NCBI GenBank assembly: GCA_964577395.1
Contig: CAZNYQ010000006.1
Coordinates: 7,155 to 71,154 of the forward strand
Length of the DNA stretch: 64,000 nucleotides
From: an uncultured Candidatus Saccharibacteria bacterium
GTDB lineage: Bacteria; Patescibacteriota; Minisyncoccia; JBAYJV01
Direction of reading: 5' to 3'
Shown here: piece after piece, positions 9,285-19,077 of the stretch
Position numbering within the stretch: position 1 is the stretch's first letter
Layout: each line of letters starts with the position of its first letter
Position numbers and translations under genes: made by a program
Notes under the pieces: model-generated
What the model was told of the DNA's origin: nothing
What the model saw: the letters and a program-made list of their open reading frames with translations, nothing else
Databases searched by the model: none

Positions 9285-10210
9285 GTTCTAATTCTCAATT
9301 ACAAGCTACACGGGATGGTTTTGGAAAAGCATTGTTTCAATTAGTTAAAAATAATCGCAATATTTTTGCTGTATCAGCCGATCTAAGTCCTTCCTTGAGA
9401 ATAGAGGAAATTCGTAAAATTGTACCTGAGCAATTCATTGAATGTGGTGTTGCAGAACAAAATCTAGTTAGTGTAGCAACAGGATTAGCTTTAAGCGGGA
9501 AAATTCCTTTTGCTTGCAGTTTTGCGGAATTTTTGGTTGGCAGAGCCTGGGAACAAATTCGTTTAGATGTTTGTTATAACAATGCCAATGTCAAACTAGT
9601 TGGGTCACATGCTGGTCTTGCAACGGGCGAAGATGGCGCTAGCCACCAAATACTAGAAGATATTGCCTTAACAAGAGTTTTACCTCATATGACTGTTTTT
9701 TCTCCTTGCGATGCTTATGAGGCTTATCAAGCAACTCTAGCTGCGAGTAAAATTAAAGGACCTGTTTATCTAAGATTAGCACGTCCTGCGACTCCTTTAA
9801 TATTTGAAGATTCTTTTAAGTGGTCCTCGGAAATCTTTCCCTTAAAAAAAGGCAAAGATATTGTTATCTTTGCCACGGGTCCCATTATTACAGAAGCTCT
9901 TGAAGCTGCAAAGTCAATAGATAAAGATATTGCTGTTTTAAATGTGTCTACAATTAAGCCATTAGATAAAAAAACTGTTCTTGATTTCTCTCGGCAAGCT
10001 CGTTTAATTTTAACCTTAGAAGATCATCAAATTACAGGCGGATTAGGTTCTGCTATCGCTGAAGTTCTAGCTGAAGCAAATATTCATGTTCCCCTGAAAT
10101 GTTTAGGTATAAAAGATAGCTTTGGAGAATCAGGCAATTTTAAAGAACTGTGGAAAAAGTATGGTATAGATCGTGAAATGATTGTAGAAAAAATTAAGGA
10201 AATGTTGTAA
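9281..10210 (+). CDS. tkt: Transketolase, C-terminal subunit
   Basis: ATRDGFG, ECGVAEQN, GEDGASHQ, GPVYLRLAR, EDHQITGGLGSA. Confidence 0.95.
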   Translation: MSSNSQLQATRDGFGKALFQLVKNNRNIFAVSADLSPSLRIEEIRKIVPEQFIECGVAEQNLVSVATGLALSGKIPFACSFAEFLVGRAWEQIRLDVCYNNANVKLVGSHAGLATGEDGASHQILEDIALTRVLPHMTVFSPCDAYEAYQATLAASKIKGPVYLRLARPATPLIFEDSFKWSSEIFPLKKGKDIVIFATGPIITEALEAAKSIDKDIAVLNVSTIKPLDKKTVLDFSRQARLILTLEDHQITGGLGSAIAEVLAEANIHVPLKCLGIKDSFGESGNFKELWKKYGIDREMIVEKIKEML

Positions 10211-10288
10211 AATACTTTGTTATATTTATTCTTTCTAATTAATTTGTTATAATAATTTAACAGTTTTAATACTGACTTATTTATATTT

Positions 10289-11566
10289 ATGAAAAAATCA
10301 ATTGAATACATATCTAAAGTTTTAAGAGTTGAACCGACTCTTATTGAGGAACTTGATGAAGTTACCTCTAAAAAAACAGGCAAAAAAAATGTTTTAGAGG
10401 ATATTTATGAGACAAATCAGAGAATTACAGACTTAACTCTTAAAAAATTAAAAGTTCGCAATAAAAATAGCGAAGAAGTATTTTTTGCTTTAATTAACTG
10501 TTTGCGTAAAGCTGATAGCAGTTTATCTAACTATTTTAACAAGCCAAACTTTATTAAGCCGGAAAGCTTTCGCCCCATGGTAGAGAAAGCTCTTGATTTA
10601 ACAGGTAGAAAAAAAGGCTTTTTCTTAAAAGAAAAAGTAGCGCAAGATTTACTGCGCAACACACCGCCTGTTAATCTTCTTAAGTCAGGCGAATATCGCA
10701 ATGTTGATGATTTATTGGAAAAAGAAGATTTATATGAAATTTATGCTAATTTGAGATTTTTAGAAAGTAGTGAATGGATGAATGATAAATTTTTACCTCA
10801 ATATAAAGATTTAAAAGCAGAAGACTTTGAAAGACGAGAAGCTAAATTTTTAATCTTAGATCGTAAATGGCTTGAAATGGCTCGTAAGTTTGTTAGCAAG
10901 AAATATCATAATTTAAGCCATCTTAAAGAAATGGGAGTTGTTTTTATTCTGCCAATGACTGATCATGCTGATGGAGAGAATTTTAGGCTTTTTTCATTAA
11001 GTCTTCATTACCTTTTTGAGCTTGCTTTTTACAGCAAACTTATGAAAAGAGCTTCTCAAAAGAAAGATTTTGGCGATCGGTTAATTTCTCTTTTGCGAGG
11101 TGAGATTTTAGATAATCGAACTGGTCTAAGAAAAACTGATTGGCTTTTAGTGCAAAGATATCTTGCTAAAATTGACAAACAAGATCCTCGCCTTTTATCT
11201 CCTCATGTAAATCCTGAAGTAATTCATTGGAAAAAAGCAGAAAGATTATTAACTAAATTTGGCAAAGAATTGCCAGAAATAGAGATAGATTTTTGGGAAG
11301 ATCTCTTTTGGCAAGATTTCGATTGGATAGGCTCATTTTATCCCAGCGAGAAAGAGGGTGAGATTTTAGTTAGCTTCGATTTAGTCGATAATATTATGAG
11401 TCTTGTGCAAGAGAAAGAATTAATTAAATATCTTTATCATCAACAAGAAGCTCTTTGGAATAGGATTTTTGAAGGTTATGTTGGGGGAGATGAAAAACTT
11501 GAAGAAATAGTGTTAGATAATTTTGATAAGGGGTATATTAAGCTTAAGCGAGTTGACAAAAAATAA
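10289..11566 (+). CDS. Hypothetical protein (425 aa)
   Basis: Long ORF with ordinary composition; no recognised family motif. Confidence 0.85.
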   Translation: MKKSIEYISKVLRVEPTLIEELDEVTSKKTGKKNVLEDIYETNQRITDLTLKKLKVRNKNSEEVFFALINCLRKADSSLSNYFNKPNFIKPESFRPMVEKALDLTGRKKGFFLKEKVAQDLLRNTPPVNLLKSGEYRNVDDLLEKEDLYEIYANLRFLESSEWMNDKFLPQYKDLKAEDFERREAKFLILDRKWLEMARKFVSKKYHNLSHLKEMGVVFILPMTDHADGENFRLFSLSLHYLFELAFYSKLMKRASQKKDFGDRLISLLRGEILDNRTGLRKTDWLLVQRYLAKIDKQDPRLLSPHVNPEVIHWKKAERLLTKFGKELPEIEIDFWEDLFWQDFDWIGSFYPSEKEGEILVSFDLVDNIMSLVQEKELIKYLYHQQEALWNRIFEGYVGGDEKLEEIVLDNFDKGYIKLKRVDKK

Positions 11567-11620
11567 ATAGATGCTAAGGTAATTTTATCTTTCTTTTATT
11601 GTAAAATATTTAAAAATTAT

Positions 11621-12355
11621 ATGGATATCAAACTTAAAGCTACTTCCCGAGAAATTGCTGGCAAGGAAGTTAAAAAATTAAGAAAAAAAGATATGATCCC
11701 TGCTATTATTTATGGGCATGGTTTTGATAATCTTCTTTTAAAGGTTAATCGACATGATTTTTCTCAAGTCCTTAAACAAGCTGGAGAAAGTACTATTATT
11801 GATTTAGATATCGAAAAACACGGTGTTGAACCTGTTTTAATTCATGATTTGGCTCGTGACCCTGTAACAGATGATATTTTACATATTGATTTTTATAGAA
11901 TTAAGGCAGGAGAAAAAATGACAGCTGATATTCCTCTTGTTTTTGAAGGAGAAGCGCCTGCTGTAGAAGATTTAGGCGGTACTCTAATAACAAATTACAG
12001 AGATATTAAAATTAGTGCTTTGCCTAAGAATTTTCCTCATGATATAAAGGTTGATATTTCTTTATTAGAGACATTTGAAGATCAAATTAAAGTAAGTAAT
12101 TTAAGTGCTCCTGAAGGAGTGGAAATTTTAGCTGAACAAGATGATGTTATAGCTTTAGTAAGCCCTCCTCGAACCGATGAAGAGTTAGAAAAACTAGAGG
12201 AAGAAGTTACCGAAGATCTTGAAAAAGTTGAGGGTATTAGCAAAGAAGAAGATAGTGAGACTGTCCAAGGAGAGGCAGCCGGCAAAGAAGAAAAACAAGC
12301 ATCTAGTACAGACGAAGTTTCTAAAAAAGATCAATCTCAAGAAGCAAAATCTTAA
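11621..12355 (+). CDS. rplY: 50S ribosomal protein L25/Ctc
   Basis: LRKKDMIPAIIYG, ILHIDFY, acidic C-terminal tail. Confidence 0.96.
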   Translation: MDIKLKATSREIAGKEVKKLRKKDMIPAIIYGHGFDNLLLKVNRHDFSQVLKQAGESTIIDLDIEKHGVEPVLIHDLARDPVTDDILHIDFYRIKAGEKMTADIPLVFEGEAPAVEDLGGTLITNYRDIKISALPKNFPHDIKVDISLLETFEDQIKVSNLSAPEGVEILAEQDDVIALVSPPRTDEELEKLEEEVTEDLEKVEGISKEEDSETVQGEAAGKEEKQASSTDEVSKKDQSQEAKS

Positions 12356-12367
12356 TTTAAGATTTAT

Positions 12368-13699
12368 ATGACAAGGAGGATATTTACAAACAGAAAAAAA
12401 CAAAAACTTTTCTCTTTTCTAAGTGGATTTTTATTAATTGGATTAGTATTGAATTTTATAAATCCACTTTTTCTTTTTGCTCAGACTAACGAAGAAAAAA
12501 AAGAAGAGCTGCGTCAAGAAATTGAAAAATTACAAGCTCAAATTGATAGTTATCGCAATAAAATTAAAGAAGCAGGCGATCAAGAGCAGACTCTTAAGGG
12601 TCAAATTACGAATCTTGAAAATAAAATTAGTAAGCTTAATTTAGAAATTGAAAGTTTAAGCCTTGCTATTGGTGATGTTAAAGGAAGAATGACTATTATT
12701 CATCAAACAACAGATGAGATTAATAGAAATATCATTAAAGAAAAAGAAATCTTAGCGAAAACTATTCGAGTGGTTTATGAAAATGATAGTTTTAATTTCG
12801 TAGAACTTTTTTTTAGAGAAGAAAAATTATCTGATATGTTAGCTGATTTTAAGGCAATTGAAAGAATTCAAGGATCTCTCATAACATCTTTAAAAGAAAT
12901 TAGAAGATTAAAAGAACGGCTAGCTGAAGAGAAGGAAATTTTAACAAAAAGGGAGAATGAATTAGCTGAGCTTAAGAAAATGCAGGATATTCAAACAGCC
13001 AGCTTAAGACAAACTAAATTAGCTAAAAGACAAGTTTTACAACAAACAGAAAGTCAAAAGCATGAATTAATAGGTAAAGTGGAAGTTTCTCAAGCAACCA
13101 TTGCATCTATTCGAGAACAACTTTATCAATTAGAAGGATTGGGAGTGTCTTTAAAATTTGGAGAAGCACTTAAATATGCTCAACAGGCAACAGTTAGGAC
13201 TGGCGTTAGAGCAGCTCTGCTCTTAGCCATGCTTAAGAAAGAATCAGAGTGGGGTACTAACGTTGGTACAGGAACATGGCGGGAAGATATGCATTCGCGT
13301 GATCACGATGCTTTCTTGGCAATTTGTGAAAAGCTTGGACTAGACCCTAATACAACACCTGTATCGCGTAAACCTTCTTATGGCTGGGGTGGTGCTATGG
13401 GACCAGCACAGTTTCTACCCAATACCTGGTTAGCTTATGAAAAGGAAGTAGCACAAGTTACGGGTCATAATCCGCCGAATCCCTGGCATATTGACGATGC
13501 TTTTACGGCTTGTGGTATTAAACTAAAAAAAGCAGGAGCTGCTGCTCAAAACTATGATGCTGAATGGAAAGCAGCTCAAATATATTTTGCGGGGCAACGT
13601 TGGAATAATCCTCGTTACTATTTCTATGGCGATTCAGTTTTAGAATTAGCTGGTCAATTCCAACAACAAATTGATATTTTAGAGAAAGGTGAATCCTAA
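12368..13699 (+). CDS. Secreted coiled-coil protein with C-terminal lytic transglycosylase-like domain
   Basis: Signal peptide, long heptad coil, KKESEWG (catalytic Glu-Ser) and GAMGPAQFLPNTW motifs. Confidence 0.85.
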   Translation: MTRRIFTNRKKQKLFSFLSGFLLIGLVLNFINPLFLFAQTNEEKKEELRQEIEKLQAQIDSYRNKIKEAGDQEQTLKGQITNLENKISKLNLEIESLSLAIGDVKGRMTIIHQTTDEINRNIIKEKEILAKTIRVVYENDSFNFVELFFREEKLSDMLADFKAIERIQGSLITSLKEIRRLKERLAEEKEILTKRENELAELKKMQDIQTASLRQTKLAKRQVLQQTESQKHELIGKVEVSQATIASIREQLYQLEGLGVSLKFGEALKYAQQATVRTGVRAALLLAMLKKESEWGTNVGTGTWREDMHSRDHDAFLAICEKLGLDPNTTPVSRKPSYGWGGAMGPAQFLPNTWLAYEKEVAQVTGHNPPNPWHIDDAFTACGIKLKKAGAAAQNYDAEWKAAQIYFAGQRWNNPRYYFYGDSVLELAGQFQQQIDILEKGES

Positions 13700-13720
13700 G
13701 TAAATATTTTAAATATTTAA

Positions 13721-13755
13721 ACCTTAAAACCCTCCTTTTAGGAGGGTTTTAAGGT
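13721..13755. terminator. Perfect 16-bp inverted repeat between convergent genes (likely bidirectional terminator)
   Basis: accttaaaaccctcct-ttt-aggagggttttaaggt. Confidence 0.75.
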
Positions 13756-13867
13756 ATCAGACAAGGAGTAAATTTATTATTCCAGCCTGGTAAATATATT
13801 ATTGAAAGAACTTAACAAATGTATTTAAAAGAACTTTTTTCAGTCCGTTAAAAAACGGTTTAATTTT

Positions 13868-14605
13868 TTAAGAGAGAGAAGGAACTAAGTTAGAATATTG
13901 TTTTAAGTTTTCTAATTGTTGATCGGTTAATTTTTGCGAGGCACTGACTGCTTCTTGAATCAAGTCTTCACCAAAACTTACTTCCTCGCCTAGAGTAAGT
14001 CCATGTGTGCCAGTTCTGTTTTGAAGATAATCTTCGATATATATTTTGTGTTCAGCACTTAATTTCAGATCTTTATCTTTCAGATAGTCTGACAATGCCT
14101 TTCTTGCTAGATGGGTAATACCTTCACCATCTTTAGCAGTTTCTTTAAATTCCTTTCCTTGTTGGCTGATTGGACCACCTTGACTAGTTTCTTCAGTGAT
14201 TGTTACATGTGATTGATCTTCTATAATTTCATTTGAAGTAGTTTCTTCGTCGTTTACGGCAATTTCAGTTGTCTCTTCTTCCGTTTCTTCTTCAGTCACA
14301 TCTTCTTCTGTTATTTCTTCTTCGATTGCTTCTTCATCTTCTTCTAGGTCAATTGTAATACCACTTTCTAAATCTTCTTGTTGAATATCTAAGTTATTAT
14401 CTTGTTGTTGTGAATAAAGGTAGATGCCCCCGCCAAGGATGATAAGAGCAATTATTGGTAAAATAATTGCAGAGAAATTGTTTTTGAGCCAGTTTATTAT
14501 TCTAGATCCCCAACCGTTGCCTTCTAGTAATTCTAATCCTTCAGGAAGCTCAAATTCTTTTTCTTCTTGTTTTTTTGACTGAGAGCCTTTCTTTTTTTTG
14601 GCCAT
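13868..14605 (-). CDS. Single-pass membrane protein with acidic linker (hypothetical)
   Basis: One TM helix, Glu-rich linker, C-terminal GEGITHLARKAL...YIEDYLQ domain; ATG at 14605 follows SD-like aagggggtg (ORF track uses GTG 14614). Confidence 0.85.
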   Translation of the reverse strand: MAKKKKGSQSKKQEEKEFELPEGLELLEGNGWGSRIINWLKNNFSAIILPIIALIILGGGIYLYSQQQDNNLDIQQEDLESGITIDLEEDEEAIEEEITEEDVTEEETEEETTEIAVNDEETTSNEIIEDQSHVTITEETSQGGPISQQGKEFKETAKDGEGITHLARKALSDYLKDKDLKLSAEHKIYIEDYLQNRTGTHGLTLGEEVSFGEDLIQEAVSASQKLTDQQLENLKQYSNLVPSLS

Positions 14606-14647
14606 TAAGTTCACCCCCTTTCATTAGGCTCCCTCCTTTTACACTAA

Positions 14648-15397
14648 TTAAGAATTGTTTTGAACCATTTTTTTATTTAAAGTTTGTGTCATTTTTTTTA
14701 AATTTCCCTCTATGATCTTATCAAGATTTTGCCAGCTTTTATTAATTCTATGATCAGTTACTCTGTTTTGAGGAAAATTATATGTTCTAATTTTGTCTGA
14801 TCTTTCAGCATCCTTAACCTGAGACTTTCTTAAGTCACTTACCTTTTGGACGCCTTGTGCTTTTTTAAACTGAATTAGCTTAGCTTTAAGTTGTTGGATG
14901 GCTTTTTGGCGGTTTTTATGTTGAGAACGTTCATCTTGACAAGTTACCACAGCGCCAGTAGGAAGATGAGTTATCCTAATAGCTGAATCCGTAACATTAA
15001 CATGCTGACCGCCAGCGCCTGATGCTCTATATGTATCAATTTTTAAATCAGCTGGGTTAAGTTGGATTTCTTGTAATTCTTTAACTTGAGGCAGGATCGC
15101 AACCGTGGCAGTTGAGGTGTGAATCCGGCCACTTTTCTCAGTTTCTGGTACACGTTGGACTCGATGAACTCCGCCTTCATGCTGCAATAAGCCAACATCT
15201 TCTCCAGTAATTTTTATAATTGCATGTTTGACACCACCTAAAGTTGTTTTATCGCTTTCTTGAATTTTGAAAAGCCATTTCTTTTTTTCAGCAAACTTTT
15301 GGTACATCCTTAAAAGATCAGCCGCAAAAAGAGTAGCTTCATCTCCGCCAGTACCAGGCCTAATTTCCATTAATAAAGTATCATTTCTTACTCCCAT
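14648..15397 (-). CDS. prfA: Peptide chain release factor 1, N-terminally short (249 aa)
   Basis: EIRPGTGGDEA, GVHRVQRVPETE (PxT), ASGAGGQHVN, IRTYNFPQNRVTDHR. Confidence 0.93.
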   Translation of the reverse strand: MGVRNDTLLMEIRPGTGGDEATLFAADLLRMYQKFAEKKKWLFKIQESDKTTLGGVKHAIIKITGEDVGLLQHEGGVHRVQRVPETEKSGRIHTSTATVAILPQVKELQEIQLNPADLKIDTYRASGAGGQHVNVTDSAIRITHLPTGAVVTCQDERSQHKNRQKAIQQLKAKLIQFKKAQGVQKVSDLRKSQVKDAERSDKIRTYNFPQNRVTDHRINKSWQNLDKIIEGNLKKMTQTLNKKMVQNNS

Positions 15398-15641
15398 TTT
15401 TTTTCTTTTTTTTAAAAGATTTAACTTTTTTTAGTTGAGAAGTTTTAGCAGCGCGTATCTTAAATTTCTCAACTCGTCCTGCAGTATCAACAATCTTTTT
15501 CTCTCCTGTATAGAGAGGATTGCATTGATAGCAGATTTCTGTATGGATTTTTTTAGTAGTTGAAGCGACAGTGAATTTAGCACCGCAGTCGCAAGTTACT
15601 TCTGTTTCTTGATAATATTGAGGATGAGTTTTCTTTTTCAT
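15381..15641 (-). CDS. rpmE: 50S ribosomal protein L31 (Zn-binding type)
   Basis: MKKKTHPQY, CDCG...CYQC, PLYTG, DTAGRVEKF. Confidence 0.97.
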   Translation of the reverse strand: MKKKTHPQYYQETEVTCDCGAKFTVASTTKKIHTEICYQCNPLYTGEKKIVDTAGRVEKFKIRAAKTSQLKKVKSFKKKKKNGSKK

Positions 15642-15808
15642 ATTTTTTTAAAAATTTTTTAGAGTTAAGTATAAAATAACATAAGCTTTTCTATTTTACA
15701 AGGTTTTTGTAATGCTTGCAATTATCTAAGAGTTTGTTATACTCTTACTTAGATTAATTAGTGATTAATTGAATTCTTTTTTTACTAAATATTTAAAAAT
15801 ATTTGAAA

Positions 15809-16534
15809 ATGAAAAAAACAAAAATTTCAAGCGATAAGGAACAAAACATTACAAAAGATACTTCTCTTTTTAAGCTAGGTATCCAATTTGGGCATCAAAA
15901 AGCGCGTCGTCATCCAAGTATGAAAAAATTTATTTACGGTATGCATAATAACAGATATATTATTGATGTTGAAAAAAGTAAGCAGAAAATTGATGAAGCT
16001 CTTGATTTTTTAAAAGAAATTGCGCAGTCTGGTAAGCAAATTGTTTTTTTAGGTAATAAACCTAATATTAAAAATTTCTTAAAAAAATTTGCCCAAGATA
16101 ATAAATTGTTTTTTATTACTGAAAGATGGATTGGCGGTACTTTAACTAATTTTGATACAGTTAAAGAACGTTTAAAAAGATACAAAGAGATAGAAGAAAA
16201 AATGAAATCTCAAGAGTGGCAAGAATTAACTAAAAAAGAACAGCGAGATTATCGTAAAGAACAAGAACGCTTAGAAAAGCTTTGGGGTGGCATTAAAAAC
16301 TTAAAAGGTATTCCGGCTGTTTTATTCTTGCTTGATGTTCCCAATAATTATTTAGCGATTCGAGAAGCAAAAAAGGCAGGCGTTAAAATAGTTGCTATTG
16401 CTGATACAGATGCCAATATTAGAGATGTTGACTATCCTATTCCTGCCAATGACGATTCTTTGTTAACAATTAAATATATTTTACAAAGAGTTATTGATAC
16501 TCTAAAGAAAAATCAACCTAAAAAAGATAAGTAA
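15809..16534 (+). CDS. rpsB: 30S ribosomal protein S2
   Basis: GIQFGHQ, ERWIGGTLTNF, DYPIPANDDS; ATG 15809 preferred to TTG 15803. Confidence 0.97.
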   Translation: MKKTKISSDKEQNITKDTSLFKLGIQFGHQKARRHPSMKKFIYGMHNNRYIIDVEKSKQKIDEALDFLKEIAQSGKQIVFLGNKPNIKNFLKKFAQDNKLFFITERWIGGTLTNFDTVKERLKRYKEIEEKMKSQEWQELTKKEQRDYRKEQERLEKLWGGIKNLKGIPAVLFLLDVPNNYLAIREAKKAGVKIVAIADTDANIRDVDYPIPANDDSLLTIKYILQRVIDTLKKNQPKKDK

Positions 16535-16555
16535 TTTTTATTTCTTAATATTTAT

Positions 16556-17143
16556 ATGAAAATATCTGCCCAACAAGTTAAACAATTGAGAGAAGCAACA
16601 GGTGTTTCTATGATGGCTTGCAAAAAAGCCCTTGCTGAAGCAGAAGGAGATCAGGCTAAAGCTAAGCATTTGCTTAGAAAAAAAGGTCAAAAAGTGGCTG
16701 AAAAAAAATTGATCAGGACAACTAATCAGGGTAATATAACTTCCTATATTCATAATAATGGGAAAATAGGCGCTTTAGTTGAAGTTCATTGTGAAACTGA
16801 TTTCGTAGCCAAGAATAAAGATTTTAAAAAACTTTGCGGAGAAATAGCCTTACAAGTAGTGGGGTATGATCCCCTTTATGTTTCACCTGACTATATTCCT
16901 GAAGAAGACCTTAAAGAAAAAGAAAAAGTTTTTAAGGAAGAACTTATTGCCCAAGGTCTTAAAGAAGCTATTCTTAAAAAAGCCTTGGTATCAAAATTGA
17001 ATAAATTTAAAGAAGAAAGGTCTTTGCTTTCTCAGCCATATTTTAGAAATGACAAAAAGACAGTTAATGATATTATTCAAGAAGCAATTGCTAAGTTAGG
17101 AGAGAATATTCAAGTCCAAAGATTTACTCGTTATCAGATTTAG
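16556..17143 (+). CDS. tsf: Elongation factor Ts (short form)
   Basis: VKQLREATGVSMMACKKAL, VEVHCETDFVA; follows rpsB. Confidence 0.97.
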   Translation: MKISAQQVKQLREATGVSMMACKKALAEAEGDQAKAKHLLRKKGQKVAEKKLIRTTNQGNITSYIHNNGKIGALVEVHCETDFVAKNKDFKKLCGEIALQVVGYDPLYVSPDYIPEEDLKEKEKVFKEELIAQGLKEAILKKALVSKLNKFKEERSLLSQPYFRNDKKTVNDIIQEAIAKLGENIQVQRFTRYQI

Positions 17144-17176
17144 AAAGAAAAATTTTCATAGCTTAATTTTTAAAGC

Positions 17177-18298
17177 TTGTCTATGATCATTAATATCATT
17201 CTTTATATCTTATTAGGGGTGGGAGTGGGATATTTTATTTATTTAATTTATATAAAGTGGTCTCAGCTTGAAAAATATCCTAAGCCACGGTTTAAACTCT
17301 CAAGTATCAAGAAGTTGCTTGACAGAATCGCTGTTTTTAAAAATAACTTCTTGAATGTTTTTAAAACTTCAAATTTGAAAAAAATTCGAAAGATAAACTT
17401 AAAAGATTTTAATAAATATATTTCTAAATTAAAAAATAAAATTTTAAATATTGTTACTTGTATCTTACAATTCTTTAAAAGAATTTTTAAAAAAATTAAG
17501 CAATTTTTATTAAGTATTAAATTGCCTAAAAAAGATAAGATAAAGTTTGAAATAAAATCTCTTAATAATAAAAAAGCTAAAACCAGTAGAGTTAATTTAA
17601 AAAAGAAAGTTTTATCAAATTTTAAAAAAGTATTTCGCCAACAGAAAGCTAGAACCGAAAAAGCGCAAAAAAATATTCTTGCTTTCTTTAAAAAAATATT
17701 TGAAAAAGTTTCTATTAAAAAAATATTAATTTTCTTTAAAACGTTTCAAAAAAAGATTAAACTTCATTTTATTTCTCAAGAAGATGAGAAAGCCAAGGAA
17801 CGTTTTCAAGCAAGCGAAATAAAACAAAAAACTCAGAAAGAAGCTTATTTAGGAGATCTTTTAAAGAAAACATTGCCAGAGAAGAAAACAGAAAAATTAT
17901 CAGAGGAAAAGATTAAAAAGCCAAAAGAAGAGTCTATAATTCACGAAAATGTTTTAGAAAAAGAAATGCTAGAACAAAAAAGTTATCGCCCCAAAACACT
18001 TCAAGAAGGATTAGATAAAATAAACCAATTAAAGGATCAAGTAGCTTCTCAAAAAAAAGAAATTTCTTCAGAACAAGTTTCTCAAGCTACTTTAAACAAA
18101 ATTGAACAAGATTTAGTTAAACAAATTTTAGCAGATCCTAAAAATATTGAAGCATATAAAAAGCTAGGAAAACTGTATTATAATCAAGAGCAATTTGATT
18201 ATGCAAAAGAAACTTTTGAAGCTGCACTTAAATTGGGATCAGGTGATAATAAAATTAAAGAATTGCTTAAGGAATGTGAGTTGAAATTGGAAAAGTAA
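17177..18298 (+). CDS. Membrane-anchored Lys-rich protein with C-terminal TPR
   Basis: N-terminal TM; DPKNIEAYKKLGKLYYNQEQFDYAKETFEAALKL TPR; ATG 17183 is the likelier start. Confidence 0.8.
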   Translation: MSMIINIILYILLGVGVGYFIYLIYIKWSQLEKYPKPRFKLSSIKKLLDRIAVFKNNFLNVFKTSNLKKIRKINLKDFNKYISKLKNKILNIVTCILQFFKRIFKKIKQFLLSIKLPKKDKIKFEIKSLNNKKAKTSRVNLKKKVLSNFKKVFRQQKARTEKAQKNILAFFKKIFEKVSIKKILIFFKTFQKKIKLHFISQEDEKAKERFQASEIKQKTQKEAYLGDLLKKTLPEKKTEKLSEEKIKKPKEESIIHENVLEKEMLEQKSYRPKTLQEGLDKINQLKDQVASQKKEISSEQVSQATLNKIEQDLVKQILADPKNIEAYKKLGKLYYNQEQFDYAKETFEAALKLGSGDNKIKELLKECELKLEK

Positions 18299-18305
18299 TT
18301 ATTAA

Positions 18306-18379
18306 GCCCACGTAGCTCAGACGGTTAGAGCACTTCTCTGGTAATGAAGAGGTCGTCGGTTCGACTCCGACCGTGGGCT
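18306..18379 (+). tRNA. tRNA-Thr(GGT)
   Basis: Acceptor GCCCACG/CGTGGGC, anticodon loop CT-GGT-AA, T-arm GTCGG-TTCGACT-CCGAC; CCA not encoded. Confidence 0.95.
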
Positions 18380-18390
18380 TGCGAAAAAAA

Positions 18391-18473
18391 GGGTAGGTAC
18401 CCAAGCGGTCAACGGGGACAGACTGTAAATCTGTTGGCTCTGGCCTTCGGGGGTTCGAATCCCTCCCTACCCA
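18391..18473 (+). tRNA. tRNA-Tyr(GTA)
   Basis: Acceptor GGGTAGG/CCTACCC, ACAGA-CT-GTA-AA-TCTGT, long variable arm, TTCGAAT. Confidence 0.97.
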
Positions 18474-18478
18474 TATGA

Positions 18479-18552
18479 GCCCATGTAGCTCAGCTGGCTA
18501 GAGCAACTGTTTTGTAAACAGTAGGTCGTCGGTTCGAATCCGACCGTGGGCT
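18479..18552 (+). tRNA. tRNA-Thr(TGT)
   Basis: Acceptor GCCCATG/CGTGGGC, ACTGT-TT-TGT-AA-ACAGT, TTCGAAT. Confidence 0.97.
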
Positions 18553-18570
18553 TACCTAAGGCTGTTAGAT

Positions 18571-19053
18571 TTGTTATTTAAAACTTCATCTATGCATAAA
18601 AGAAATACTATCATCTTAATTATCATCCTTATAGTTATAGGTATAGCAGTCTTTAGTCTTAGTAAGTGCAAGAAATTTCCTCAAGAACTTAATATTTTCC
18701 CAGACGGGAAAGAAGAAACAACTCCCTTTGATACAGAAGAAATTAGTGTTATAAGCGAACAATTAGACGATTTATCTCCTGAAGATGCTGTTTTGGGAGG
18801 AAATTGGTTCATTAGTCAAGTAGCAGTTATTGATGAAAAACATGTCTATATTGTTTACGAAGATGGTCATATTGTAAGGAGAATGTTGCTTGAAAAAACT
18901 GAGCAAGACTGGCAACGCTTGGCATATTTCGAGCCAGGCAAAGATATGTGGAAACTTATTTCAGGTAATGATCCTTATATGGGTAATGATGTGATTATTT
19001 ATGAAAGAAGAGAGGAAGGCAACTGGGTTTTACATGGAGTTATAGGAGAATAA
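18571..19053 (+). CDS. Hypothetical membrane-anchored or lipoprotein-like protein
   Basis: N-terminal hydrophobic helix followed by SKC; VLGGNWF and YEDGH motifs; ATG 18592 is the likelier start. Confidence 0.8.
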   Translation: MLFKTSSMHKRNTIILIIILIVIGIAVFSLSKCKKFPQELNIFPDGKEETTPFDTEEISVISEQLDDLSPEDAVLGGNWFISQVAVIDEKHVYIVYEDGHIVRRMLLEKTEQDWQRLAYFEPGKDMWKLISGNDPYMGNDVIIYERREEGNWVLHGVIGE

Positions 19054-19077
19054 TTAGTTAAATATATTTAAAAATTT

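Noticed and set aside
13756-13860. Additional weak hairpins as an sRNA
   Set aside because: Imperfect stems and no promoter found; explained as a 3' UTR
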